A stretch of DNA of 64,000 nt from Euglena gracilis (lineage: Eukaryota). The notes below the pieces were generated by a model. That model searched no databases, was not told where the DNA came from, and saw only the letters and a program-made list of their open reading frames with translations. The DNA lies in NCBI GenBank assembly GCA_039621445.1, contig CP154954.1, forward strand, positions 49,517,847-49,581,846, in the 5' to 3' direction. Shown piece after piece: positions 26,701 to 36,292 of the stretch (position 1 is the stretch's first letter; each line of letters begins with the position of its first letter). A program made the translations under genes and the position numbers.

Positions 26701-29700
26701 CGCCGCAGCCGCCAGCCCCTCCCGGGCCACTCCGGGCCACCCCCACAGCCGGGTCCCATCCCAGGCTGGACCCGCCCCCCCCCCCCCCCCGCCGACCCCC
26801 TGTCCCCCCAGGGCTGTACAGCGGCCTGGGCTGGGGCGTGCTCAAGGAGGGCGTCGCCCGGGCGCTGTGGATGAGCGCGTTCATCGCGTTCAGCTCCGCC
26901 CCCTTCCAGCTGATGAACCCGGTCGGCACGCTGCTGGCGGGTCCGCACCCCCGGCCCTCCCCGCAGTCGCCCCGGTGGCATGGCCCTGGTGGGTTTCCCG
27001 GCGGGCTTCCTCGCCGGGCTCGCGGTGCCTTCGGGTTGATTCGAGTGCGGCTCAACCCCTGCATCCCAGCATCCACCGTGCGGGAGTTTGTTTCACCCAG
27101 AATCCACCTCAGGGCAGTTTCACTCCCCCACCCAATGGCCTCTCCTCGCCCAGCCCCCCGGTATTAAGTGAGTGCTCATTTTGTTCAGGAGAGAGGAACG
27201 GGGTGGTTCGATCACCCCCCCCCAAGGGTCGGGGTGAGGACCACCCCAAGTCCCCCTATGGAACCAAAAGATTTACTTTCTCGGCGCTTTGCATTAAAAA
27301 CTTATGTTTTTATCATCTGTTTTTTTGGCATTTTGATGAAAAATATCGAAGTATTGCAAACATTGGCGTCCCCACCAGCAAATTCCTCCCACACCCCCAC
27401 ACCCCCCTCACTGACGCGCATGGCCCCATTTTTTTCCAAGGGAAATGCCCCCCCATCCAGACCACCCCTTCCCCCCGCCCCCCAAATGAAAGTCAAAAGG
27501 CCAATTTCGGACTTTCCTGTGTAAAGAATCTTTTCGGATTACAAGTGACCCCAACATCGCAAGAACATTTCAGACCGATTCCGAAAATGCAAAAGGGAAC
27601 AGGGTTATTTATTTTCAAGTTTACCCCACACCCCCCATTAAGGCCAGTTGGGACGCCAATTTTTGCAATATGAAAATATCACCTGAAAATGCAATTTTGG
27701 GCATTCATTAATGCCCTTCAAAAATAATTCTGGCGCTTTTGCGCCGGGTTTTTTCCCGGGTCGATCCCTACCCTCTCAGAGGGCGAGTAGGGTTCAGGGC
27801 ACCCCCCCCACTTTACACCTGCCCCCTCCCGCCACCAGCCACCCCCCCCCCATGGTGAATGAATCCTGCTGTTTCATGCTGCTCTCAGCATATGTTTCCT
27901 GGCTCACTGTGTCTATTGTGCTTCTCACCCGGGAGGGGAAGGTTGGCATCTTTCCATCCCCAGTGAGTGAGTGGACCGGTCCCTCCTCCCCCTTTCCCCT
28001 CCCCCGCCCCAGGGTCGATGGCGGTGCTCATCAGCTCCTTCCTTCGCATCCCCTTCGAGCTGATGTGCCAGCCATACATGTCTTTAAGGTTTTGCAGACC
28101 CCCGGGGGGGGGGGGCTGCTGCTGCCAGCCCCGATTTTGGCCCACCCCCAACTTCTCAGTTCCCCTCCCCCCCCGGATGCTCCAGCCGAAAGTGTTTGAA
28201 AATGGCCAAAAATGGTGTTCTGGTCTTTTTCGGGAGGGGATTTGGGGATTGTCATACGCTCATTTTTTTTCAAAGCTTGTTTTGGCGGTCATTTTTTGGA
28301 CAATTCTCTGATTCCGGCCCCGCCTGTCGCAGCTCAGTTCAGCCAGGATCCAGCCTTCCCCCACTCCAGCGGGGGGGGGGGGGGGGCTGGCCAGCCAGCC
28401 CGCCCAAATCCCCAGCCCCCCCCCCCCCTACCCCCGGGGTCCTCAAACAGATGTGTGGTGCCGGCGCCGCCAGGCAGGGGTCCTCAGCCGCAGCGTCTCT
28501 CTGCGGGCCGTCCGCACCATGTTCCGCCGCCAGAACTGGCAGCTGGCGGTGGGCTGGCTCGCCGTCGCGTTCCGGTGCCCTCCCCTGTGCAGTGCAAACC
28601 GGGGCGTTGGGGAGGGCTCACAGCTCACGGCCGCTGTGTTTGAGCGTTCAGGTGGCCAAATTTTGCATTTAGGCCATATTTCTGTCGCCGTGCTCAACAC
28701 CACAGTTTTCCCACTTTTTTCCCTCCCGGGGACGAGGTTTTTAAACTGGTGGTGACCAGGGAGCATTATATTTTTGAAGGCTTAAGAAAATTAAGGTTTT
28801 TAATTTTTATGGCGTCTATTTTCCAAGGAGGGAAAGGCCATCCCGGCATCGTACAGGGTCCAAAATTAAAGGCAGTTGCCACTTTTTCGAGTTTGGGTGG
28901 ATAGAGAATGTTCCATGCGACTTCATTTTTTCTCAAATTTCGAAAAAATTTAGAATGATTTTTAAGGTTTTTTTTAAGGATTAAAGGATTTTGAAGGTTT
29001 TTCAGGCATTTCGGCCAAATAATTTAAGGCACTTTTTAAGTTTTTTTCAGGCACCTTAAACAATTCCCCCTGGTGACGGCCGGTCCCAGCATTGTAGGGG
29101 ATCCACTTCGCACAATTGCAAGGGGTCCATTCGTGCAGCTTATTAGTCCGTTTGTGTGATTGTGCAATGCCACACAGTGCAAAATGGACCAACAAGTTTT
29201 CAACAATTCAAGTGGGGGGTTTGCTGTGGGGTTCAGCCTCGCCTGCCCAAAATCGTTCCCGCAATGTGTTGATGAGGCACCATTGGCTGGTACCCGAACA
29301 CACATGTGTGCCGCGTATGCAGAGACCCCTTGTCTGGGCCGTTCTCATCATCATCAAAGTCCTGATTTCCATTTTGGGTTCAGGCACCAAACCACACCAT
29401 AATAAAAGTATTCAAGTTTTGGGAGCCAGGTATGGCAACTTTCAAAAAATTATGTTTGCGCACATGCCCCCAGCCAACCCCCCAAGTGGGCAGGGAAACC
29501 CCCTGCGGGCGAACCGGAGTCCAACCCCACGCCTGCCCCAGGGATCTGCAGACGCTGCTGTGGAGCGCTGCCCTCTTCCACCACTTCGAGGACTGGGGCC
29601 AGGCGGGGCCCCCAGCCCGAACCCCACCCCTCCGTCAGCGCGAGTGGGGCCCCGCCTGTCGCGGTCCCCATCTTCGTCCACAGCCCGGTGCCCATCGTGG

Positions 29701-32325
29701 CGCAGCTCATCGCGTGGGCGTCGCTGTGCGCGGGGCTGGCAAGCCTCCCCTCTGCGCCGTCCGACACCGTGGCCTCCGAGTTGCTGACAGAGCCGCCGGC
29801 GCAAGTGGTGTGCAGTGCCGCGTCAACTCAGAAGACTCCCCATGGGGGGGTCTGGGGCCACAGCCCCCGCGCCAGAAAATTTTTGGGAAACTCCCTCAGA
29901 TGGCGCAGTTTTTTGGGGTCCTCAGGTCCTTGGGGTCCAATGCCAGTCTGGGTGGGTGGGGACCCCCTTCTCCTAGGTGTGGGTTTATGTCGACAAATGA
30001 GCGCAAAGGACTGCTGCTGGATCGAAAAAAGTTAGAGTTGTGGAACAATGTTTTCAGAAGAAAGTGGAACGCCATGTAACCCCCCAAATGATGAGCCCCA
30101 AGTACAACAATGCGGAGCACATGACCCCGTGATCAATTTTTAAAGAACCTTTTAATTTCTTAAGAAAAACCCCAAACCTCCCCCAATTAGCAAACCACCC
30201 CCTGATTAATTAATAGGGCACCCAAAATCCCAGTTGGAGGCCAGGGGGGTCGGGGTTAATTATTTCGCAAATATTTTTCCAATTTAGAAAGAATGGCCTA
30301 AACGTGCTTCAACATGACCCCGACCTTTTTTACAATTATGCTTGCCTTTTTGCAGAAACCGACCTTTTTTTTGACCCATTCCATTGACCCATTCCATTGA
30401 CTTTTGTGTGTCTGTGTGTGTGTGTGTGTGTGTGCATGTTTGTGCTTGTTGGTGCCTGTGTGCCTGTATGTGTTCATCTGTATGTCCATGTGTGAGGTGT
30501 GGCGTAAACTCTCAGGGAGTCAAACTCCCCCCAAATATAAGAAACCCGTTTCTTATATTTGGGTGTCGGCCCAAAGGGTTTCTTATATTTGGGGGTTTCT
30601 TATGTTTGGGTGTCGACGGCAGGCCCCAAGGATGGAACTTTTTCTTCTTTCGTTCCCTTCGTGTAATTAATTACCTGTGACCGCCGTGTGTAGAATTTTC
30701 TTCATGTCTGACGGCGCCTCTTCCGAGGCCCTGGAAAGTGTTTATGCTGAATCGGTTCATTCCATCCGTCCAGAAGAAAGTGCCAGTGGTATTCCTGAAT
30801 CTGGGAGTGATGTCGTTGAAAAAAAGATTCGCAAGAAATATAACGTGAATTTCAAATTCAAAGTTATCCATGCAGCCAGTATAAGCACCATTGGGCAAGC
30901 ATCTAAGCAAAGTGGGATTCCAAAAGGGATGATCAATATTTGAGAGGTTTCTTATATATGGATTAGCATCCAACAGCCCAGGGGTTTCTTATATTCGCGG
31001 GTTTCTTATATTTGGGAGTCGGCTGAAAATTGACCCAAAGGGTTTCTTATATTTGGGGGTTTCTTGAGCGAGGGGCTTCTTATGTTTGGGGGGGGGGGGG
31101 GTATATTCAGGGGCTTCTTATATTCAGTGGGTAGGCAAAGTTACGCAAACACATGTGCCACGAGCATGTGAACCTCCATTGGAACTTGTTCAATTGCATT
31201 CACCATGAAAACTCCTTTTGAGCTGACCTGGGTGAATGTCGGCAGCAGAAAAGTCATTTTTGATGTTTTGTTTGGAAGGTTTTTTTGTTGTGTTTGTGTT
31301 TGTGTTTTGTTTCTCAAAAAATTGAAGGAGAATATTTTGTAGAAAAATTATTCCTTATTTCGCAGTTTAAACCCACAATGGGAACAAAGATTACGACGAA
31401 CAAAATACAGCCTTGCAACGAATATCTCTGAAAAAATAATGCAGGTGTATTTTTGATGGAAATGATTTTGTTGAGATTTGGGCTTGCAGTTTCCCCCCAA
31501 ATTTAAAAAAATGGAAAAGTGATTAGTTCCAGTGTTGTTGTTTTTTTGCATAGGCACCGATTCTTCATCCAGTAAATTTAGTTGGGAAATTTCGAAATTT
31601 GGACGAGGGTGGACGGAGCCAATGCGCCAGGCATTCTGCCTTGTGCATCGCAGGTGTCGGAAATTTGATGCCCGAATTTTCTTCCTGTCCATGTCGACGC
31701 ATTTTCTCCCGAAGCACATGGCTTCAGGTCCTGGCTCTCCCTGGCCCCTCCCGGAGCATCTCCCGTCGGGGCTTCCCATGCAACCTTGGCGATGCCGCCT
31801 CCCCCTCCCTTCCCGGTAGGACACGCCCTATCCCGGGCGCGCCCGGGCGTATGGCCTGCTGGGGATGGCGGAGCGGGTCGTCGTCGCGTTCCGGGGGCTC
31901 AGGCAGCGCGGGGGAGTGCGCCGCCTCTTCCGCGGCTGGCTGCCCCGGTTCCTGTACAACGCGCAAGGGTGGCGGTGGCCGCGCCAACGGTTGGTGGTGA
32001 CCCTCTGAAATTTGACTGACAATGGAAACAAATCGTTTGGAGGCTGCGCATCCCCCCCCCAAGCCAAATAATTATACCTTTCAGCTTCACAACACGCTGC
32101 CAGACAGAAATAATGTCTTTGCTTCAAAGCCTGGGGGAGGGTCTCAGCACCAGAAAGACCGGTTGCGGCACGGCACCCAAACATATGCACCGTTGTGAGG
32201 ACGAGGGGGGCCTTTCGTCTCTTCACGGCACTCTTGAGCCCGTGCTTTCAACAGGCATCTTCATTTCCGCCTTGGTTGCCCTCACCGCGTACCCGCAGCA
32301 ATTTCAGGGTCGAGGTTGGCAGTGA
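1712..32325 (+). CDS. Multi-exon gene: divergent mitochondrial carrier family (SLC25) protein with long N-terminal extension; true start probably further upstream
   Basis: Exon chain 1712-1778, 3152-3239, 4545-4572, 9267-9326, 17669-17735, 21356-21435, 22066-22124, 23370-23472, 24340-24402, 24905-24937, 25324-25386, ~25923-26085, 26812-26940, 28013-28064, 28474-28574, 29542-29643, 29684-29807, 31820-~31967, 32255-32325. It is phase-consistent except at three junctions. Carrier hallmarks: HPLDTYKMRLQ, GLYSGLG, IPFEL, GWLAVAFRD, GVRRLFRGWLPR. Confidence 0.8.
2093..2431. mobile_element. MITE family A (CA..TG ends, 8-bp TSD)
   Basis: TSD ctcgagcc on both sides; internal gtgactgactgg motifs shared with the 9497, 14809 and 59513 copies. 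Confidence 0.8.
3152..3239 (+). CDS. Putative exon HRAMDFDFAGRVSPSAPSAWRIPAEAQQ(R)
   Basis: ctcctcag acceptor, gtcatg donor, G/C-ending codons, phase 1 to 2. Confidence 0.55.
4545..4572 (+). CDS. Putative micro-exon APSSMSPTD with GC donor
   Basis: ttctag acceptor; phase-2 start fits the previous exon; gcgccg donor resembles the gtgcc donors of this gene. Confidence 0.4.
5496..5867. mobile_element. TA-flanked MITE (a-C-run-aaataatacc TIR)
   Basis: Inverted ends with TA on both sides. Confidence 0.7.
5870..6269. mobile_element. TA-flanked MITE (C-run-gggcaattg TIR)
   Basis: Inverted ends; shares the TA at 5868-5869 with the previous element. Confidence 0.7.
6945..7375 (+). repeat. Degenerate ggagcggatgc satellite followed by ggccaaaa repeats
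   Basis: Direct reading. Confidence 0.7.
9267..9326 (+). CDS. Putative exon AGRQHPRGLTAEDPLACCPP
   Basis: cgccag acceptor, gtgccc donor, phase 0-0. Confidence 0.5.
9497..9852. mobile_element. MITE family A
   Basis: TIR caggcaattgctta / taagcaattgtatg; TSD atcaggaa. Confidence 0.9.
10965..11328 (+). repeat. Interstitial telomere-like (CCCTAA)n array with ccgtat variant units
   Basis: Direct reading; continues at 13935-14215 after an insertion. Confidence 0.9.
11329..13934. mobile_element. Non-autonomous TIR element, family B (CAAGCACCTA ends, 8-bp TSD), inserted in a telomere-like array
   Basis: TIR caagcaccta / taggtgcttg; TSD accctaac; (taaaatggcc)n subterminal arrays. Confidence 0.85.
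12625..13510 (+). repeat. Three ~163-bp tandem units followed by two ~230-bp units
   Basis: cgggtcgaaaaacgctcg recurs near 12630, 12794 and 12957; gaaaacggctaagtcgaacagaggg at 13081 and 13311. Confidence 0.85.
13935..14215 (+). repeat. Interstitial telomere-like array (second half)
   Basis: ccctaa, ccctga and ccgtat units. Confidence 0.9.
14809..15165. mobile_element. MITE family A
   Basis: TIR cagacaattgctta / taagcaattgtatg; TSD gccctgag; near-identical to the 9497 copy. Confidence 0.9.
15226..16409. mobile_element. TIR element, family B
   Basis: TIR caggcacctatg / cataggtgcttg; TSD atggggag; (ccgaccgcag)n subterminal arrays. Confidence 0.9.
17669..17735 (+). CDS. Exon AEAGRPVGRGWRGAAAAACAVC(G)
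   Basis: cag acceptor, gtgcct donor, GC3-rich, phase 0 to 1. Confidence 0.6.
17925..20647. mobile_element. 2.7 kb TIR element with many gcgc-N4-gcgc subterminal palindromes
   Basis: ttaggcggccta ... taggccgcctaa termini; TSD ambiguous. Confidence 0.6.
18567..19036. repeat. Long inverted repeat (~190-bp arms), fold-back element
   Basis: 18567-18758 is the near-perfect reverse complement of 18844-19036. Confidence 0.9.
21356..21435 (+). CDS. Exon FLVASTQGLGREVRHNGLPAVLYRSQ
   Basis: cccgcag acceptor, gtggcc donor, phase 1 to 0. Confidence 0.65.
22066..22124 (+). CDS. Exon GFLGTAPSRAEVGRRPDIH(S)
   Basis: cacag acceptor after (CA)n and gtacat donor; phase 0 to 2 bridges both neighbours exactly. 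Confidence 0.6.
23370..23472 (+). CDS. Exon SRRVGGQPRGASAVRRSRPTPGEAEGPDTEADDQ with GC donor
   Basis: tctccgcag acceptor; the phase-0 end requires a CAG|gcccgt donor. Confidence 0.6.
24340..24402 (+). CDS. Exon AREGPGALPAEGFPADLPQPQ
   Basis: polypyrimidine tract plus gcag acceptor; gtgtgt donor. Confidence 0.7.
24905..24937 (+). CDS. Micro-exon LTDADGKVVPE
   Basis: tgcag acceptor, gtgtgc donor, phase 0-0. Confidence 0.6.
25324..25386 (+). CDS. Exon ERSNYPLWAFRNVMGLLGLSQ (3' end uncertain)
   Basis: cccag acceptor and GC3-rich codons; the donor is probably CAG|gccaga. Confidence 0.55.
25923..26085 (+). CDS. Carrier repeat-1 exon DAATAVNTLVYNTLPDLLVAVLASSAYAVLLHPLDTYKMRLQLEQPGIDSQGVL(G)
   Basis: Px[DE]xx[KR]x[KR] signature PLDTYKMR and gtgtgt donor; the 5' boundary is non-canonical. 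Confidence 0.85.
26812..26940 (+). CDS. Carrier exon LYSGLGWGVLKEGVARALWMSAFIAFSSAPFQLMNPVGTLLA(G)
   Basis: GLYxG motif; cag acceptor and gtccgc donor; phase 1-1. Confidence 0.85.
28013..28064 (+). CDS. Carrier repeat-2 exon SMAVLISSFLRIPFEL
   Basis: PxE signature start; cccag acceptor and gtgcca donor. Confidence 0.8.
28474..28574 (+). CDS. Carrier exon AGVLSRSVSLRAVRTMFRRQNWQLAVGWLAVAF(R)
   Basis: cag acceptor and gtgccc donor; phase-2 end joins to RD of the next exon. Confidence 0.75.
29542..29643 (+). CDS. Carrier exon DLQTLLWSAALFHHFEDWGQ... (3' end uncertain; 40-nt GT-AG intron assumed)
   Basis: cccag acceptor; RD...F..E helix-4 pattern. Confidence 0.7.
29684..29807 (+). CDS. Carrier repeat-3 exon PVPIVAQLIAWASLCAGLASLPSAPSDTVASELLTEPPAQV
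   Basis: Hydrophobic helix followed by degenerate PxD motif; ccacag acceptor and gtgtgc donor. Confidence 0.7.
30520..31132 (+). mobile_element. Deleted pogo/Tc2-like transposon retaining an N-terminal HTH fragment
   Basis: ORF 30677-30943 contains RKKYNVNFKFKVI...TIGQASKQSGIP (Brinker/CENP-B-type HTH pattern); repeated tttcttatattt motifs in inverted orientation at the ends. Confidence 0.65.
31820..31967 (+). CDS. Carrier exon DTPYPGRARAYGLLGMAERVVVAFRGLRQRGGVRRLFRGWLPRFLYNAQ
   Basis: GxxxLFRGWxPR motif; tag acceptor after a pyrimidine tract. Confidence 0.85.
32255..32325 (+). CDS. Terminal exon (G)IFISALVALTAYPQQFQGRGWQ-stop
   Basis: caacag acceptor; hydrophobic helix 6 then TGA. Confidence 0.65.
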
Positions 32326-35300
32326 CAGCATGTACATTAAGCTTTGTGAACGTTTGTCGGTACGGAATGATTGCATTGATTGAATCGCTTGCACTTCATC
32401 CAAGTTGGATCAGTGTTTGTGCATCATTTTTTTCATCGTTGCCTCAAAAATGGGAGTTTTCTCACAAAAATAATTTTTAGCCACCTGCCCACCCGCGGCG
32501 CTTGGCCCTTAAAAAAGCTCAGAAAGCTAGAAGGTGCAATTTCTGACTCTTTTTTTTTTAAGCTAGGAACACAGAGATTTTTTCCCCTTGAAAAGGTAAG
32601 AATGCAAAACAATTAAATTTTGTTGTGTTTTAAACTCATGCGAAAAACTCCACATCATCGTACCCCCTCGGACCATACGCACCGGAGCGGAACAATGCTG
32701 CGACTTCTGGGTTTGGGGTCCGTGGGTTCCATGGGGGCCAATTTCACCCATCTCTCGCTTTCTGCTTTAAATTTTTGAAAAGTTCGCAAAATGCCGGTTC
32801 AACAAAAAAGCCCAAATTCCCAATGCGCACTCTAAAAAAAAGATGGCCACCACTAATTTTGCAAAAATGTGAGGAAACCTAAAACAGACTCCAAAAATAC
32901 TTTTAACACCAAAAAAAATGTCCGGCCAGAAACTTCCCGACACTAAAAGAGCTCTTCCAGGTGCTCTCGGTATTTCCCGGAAAGCCAAGAGCAGGACAAG
33001 AGGGACTGATGTTTCGAAGCACAAAGGCAAGGTGGGTATTGAGTAAGGCGGGCCAAGCTGCTGTGAAAGTCAGGCGGCTGGAGAAACGAAGTTTTTTTTT
33101 AATCCAAACACCGCCCTCCGCCCAAAAACCCCAGGCTGCATAGCGAGCCCCTTCCTAGTCGCTCTTTTTTTACATAAAAAAATGGCTTCTGGGGGTAACT
33201 TTCTAAGGTTTTTCGCAAACGCAGCTTAAAACTGTCCAAAAAGTTTTGGCCGATCCACCAGTGGGGAGCCAAAGACCAAAGTTTCTAAAAGCAACTCGGT
33301 ACCGATTTGAAACTGAAGCAATTTCTATCCTGTCTTTCATTCAGAAACCGCGGCGCAAATTCTGGGGGCTCACTTTTTGGATCCATCCTATCGTACTCCC
33401 GCGAGGAAGTTCCTGCCCTCCCTCCAAAAGGGCCACTGTTGGTCCCTTTTCCTCCTGGGGCTGGGTCTTTGGTGAAAGGGCCACTGTTGGTCCCCTTTCC
33501 CCCCTTTTTTGGCAGAGGGCCTCTGTGGGTCCCCGGGGGATTTCTCCAGCAGCTGTGGGATGATGTCCCTTATCTTCTTGGTGGCCACTGTGGGTCCACC
33601 CTGCTGGCTTCCAAGGTCTCCATGTATAAATTTTCTTCCATAATCCATCTGTTGGTTCCCTGGGCCTTTCTTGGCCTCAAACCCCATTGGAAATCTGTGG
33701 GGGCTGCTGTGCCCCCCCCTTTTCCCCTTGAAAGGGGGCATTGTGTCAGATGAATTCGGGGGTTGGACAGACCTTTTCTGCCCCTTCCTGAGGGGCTTTG
33801 CTTGTAAAACTGGCCCCCGTGGCCCCTGTAGTGGTGACCACCTTGGCCTTGATTACATCTCCCCATCCAATTTGTGTATAGGCGACTGGGCGCCTTTGGG
33901 GGAGATGCCCCTGATGCGTCGGCTTTGGTTGTCCAATTATGAAACATTTTGGGCCCCCATGGCCCCTCCTTTGCCCATCAAGAGCTGGGGCTGACTTCCA
34001 TCTTCTTGGTCTTCTGGCCACAGTGGTCTAAGGACCGTGGCCGTCACTGGGGGGTGGGGGGGGTGGGCTGGGAAAATTTATGGGGTGGGGGTCTGGGGGG
34101 GAAGAACGGCCACGTTTTCCACGTGTTGACCGCATCCCCAAGGGCTCCAGCTGCTGAGGCCACTGCTCCAGGACGTCCGCGGCCAAAAAATTCCAATCTC
34201 CATTGCCAATTGGTATTGGCGTCTTTTCTCGGCTCTTCTTCGTTTGTGAACTCTGTTCCTGTCTTCTTGGTTTCGAAGGGAAAGTTAGGAGTCAGCCAAC
34301 TCCGGCGAAAAAGGCACTGAGCAGGGGCTCCTAACCCAGCGCCCCAAAACAATCGCAACAAACCGCCGGCGAGCAGGGCATTGCCTCACAAAGGCAAAGT
34401 GCGGAGCCCAAGGTGTCTGGCGCAATGGCTTTTTTCCTTGGCACCGAAAATTTTTATTGTCCTGTCGGTGCTACGTTTGGGAAACATTGTCAGTTTTTTT
34501 TGTCGCAAATCAAAGAGACGGAAAATGGCTGAAATTAATTGGCGCAAGCTCCCCCGACACCTTTCCCCATTCCGCCAGCGACAACTCAAGCGTGCGGCAA
34601 AAGGTCGGGGATGGTCAATATATTTGTGGGGGGGAATGCAAAAAATGCGCAGAACACTGCCAATTGTGCGAAAAAATTGATTTTTTGACCCCCAAACTCC
34701 TACCTGACTCATTCTTGCCCTCTTTTTGGGCCATTTTTGCCCCCCTCCAAAATCCAACTTTCCGTCGCCGTCTGGCTGTTTTTTTTTTTTTAAACCAACC
34801 CCGTGCCCTTGAGTGGGAAGGCAGGCACTACCCCCCCCGGGGGGGTTGGATTTCAGCCTGTGCCCAGGAACTTAAAAGGCAATTTTACTTGAAAATGAGC
34901 CTTTTTTGAGTCTTGCCGGAGTGCCTGCCAGGCACTCTTTTTCGAATGCCCTATGCCCTTAGTTGCACAAGGCTTCTTGTCTGTTTATGGCCGGCGCTAA
35001 CTACGCGGGTTGGATTTTTGTGCCTTGGAGTGCCTGCCCAGGCACCCGACTTAAAAAAAAACAGCCTGGTCACCGTCGCGCCGGCCCAGGGACCCCCCGG
35101 GGGGATAGCCCTTCGGTTTATGCGACGCCCTGGCAAGTTCATATGCACCCCCCTACTGCCGGAGATGTGAAATATGAAACATCAAACACCAAAATGGTCA
35201 GCTCGTGCATATCGTGATTGAATGAAGACTGCTGGAAAGAAAGCAAGGCACCGTTCCACAGGAGAGAAATGGCCAAAAGGATCTCTGAAGCGAGAATTCA

Positions 35301-36012
35301 CAACAGTGCTAATACCCACAATGTTTCCCTCCTCGTCTGATTGTCCCTCCCACCTTCCTCCGGAACCCCCGACTGGAAAATAAGGGGGTATGATATCAAA
35401 AGCTGAAGGTTGGGCTGAAAACCCTTCAACAAGCCGGGGCCCAGGGACAAGGGGGGGGATGCAAAAAAAGCAAATTCTCAAGATTTTGAATTATGCAAAT
35501 TATTCAACTTGCACATCCTCCCGTCGAAGTCTGTGTTCCTAAACACAGGCTTTGGCGTGCCAAAGCTTGGTTTAAGAAACACAGACTTTGACAAAAGCAT
35601 ACCAGGGATGTCCGGGATGGGAATCAGGCTTCTTTGGCTTCTTTAACCTGGAGGAAAGTCACACTTTTTTTTTCACCACTGCTTCTGCTTCCTGCCATTC
35701 TACTTCCACCATGGGCTGCCATGTCCAGGCTGGCTCAGCAACCTGGGGGCGACCTCATGCCTTCCCCCCCCTTGTCCTTGACACGCAAAAATACCGGGGA
35801 GAGTGCGGTTGACACGGGGGGGGGGGGGTCATAGACCAGCCGCGTCAAGGACAAAGGGGGGGTAATACCAGCACAAATGCACTCACATTCTTCCGTGCTT
35901 TTCAACAAAAAGACCCAATATTCTGAAGGGACGTTGCCAACAAGGACAGTCTCAATAGTGGTACAAAAGCAGAATGGGATCGATGGGTCAGAAAGAGTCA
36001 GTCAATTTCCTC

Positions 36013-36292
36013 TCAACGGGTTACAACTGATGCTCCATAAAAGCGGGAATCCACCTTTCCATCAGCTGCATCAAGGATTTGCGCCTCAGTAGGGGTCTTT
36101 ACGGCAACTGTGGGTCTCAAAAACTCATTCTGGAAGCTGGTGATACCACGATACGTTGGGGATGCAGGAAAGATCGTCCTTCCAACACTCCCAGTCTGAG
36201 GAATCACTGAAAAAATGTCAATGAAGCTTTTCATGTCAGCCCCCATGAATGGGTTTATCAACGATGTGGGCCAATACCCCTCCAAACCCACT
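36013..36292 (-). CDS. Terminal exon VGLEGYWPTSLINPF...TSFQNEFLRPTVAVKTPTEAQILDAADGKVDSRFYGASVVTR-stop
   Basis: catag acceptor; phase 2 completes GAA; TGA stop; carries the second copy of the module. Confidence 0.8.
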
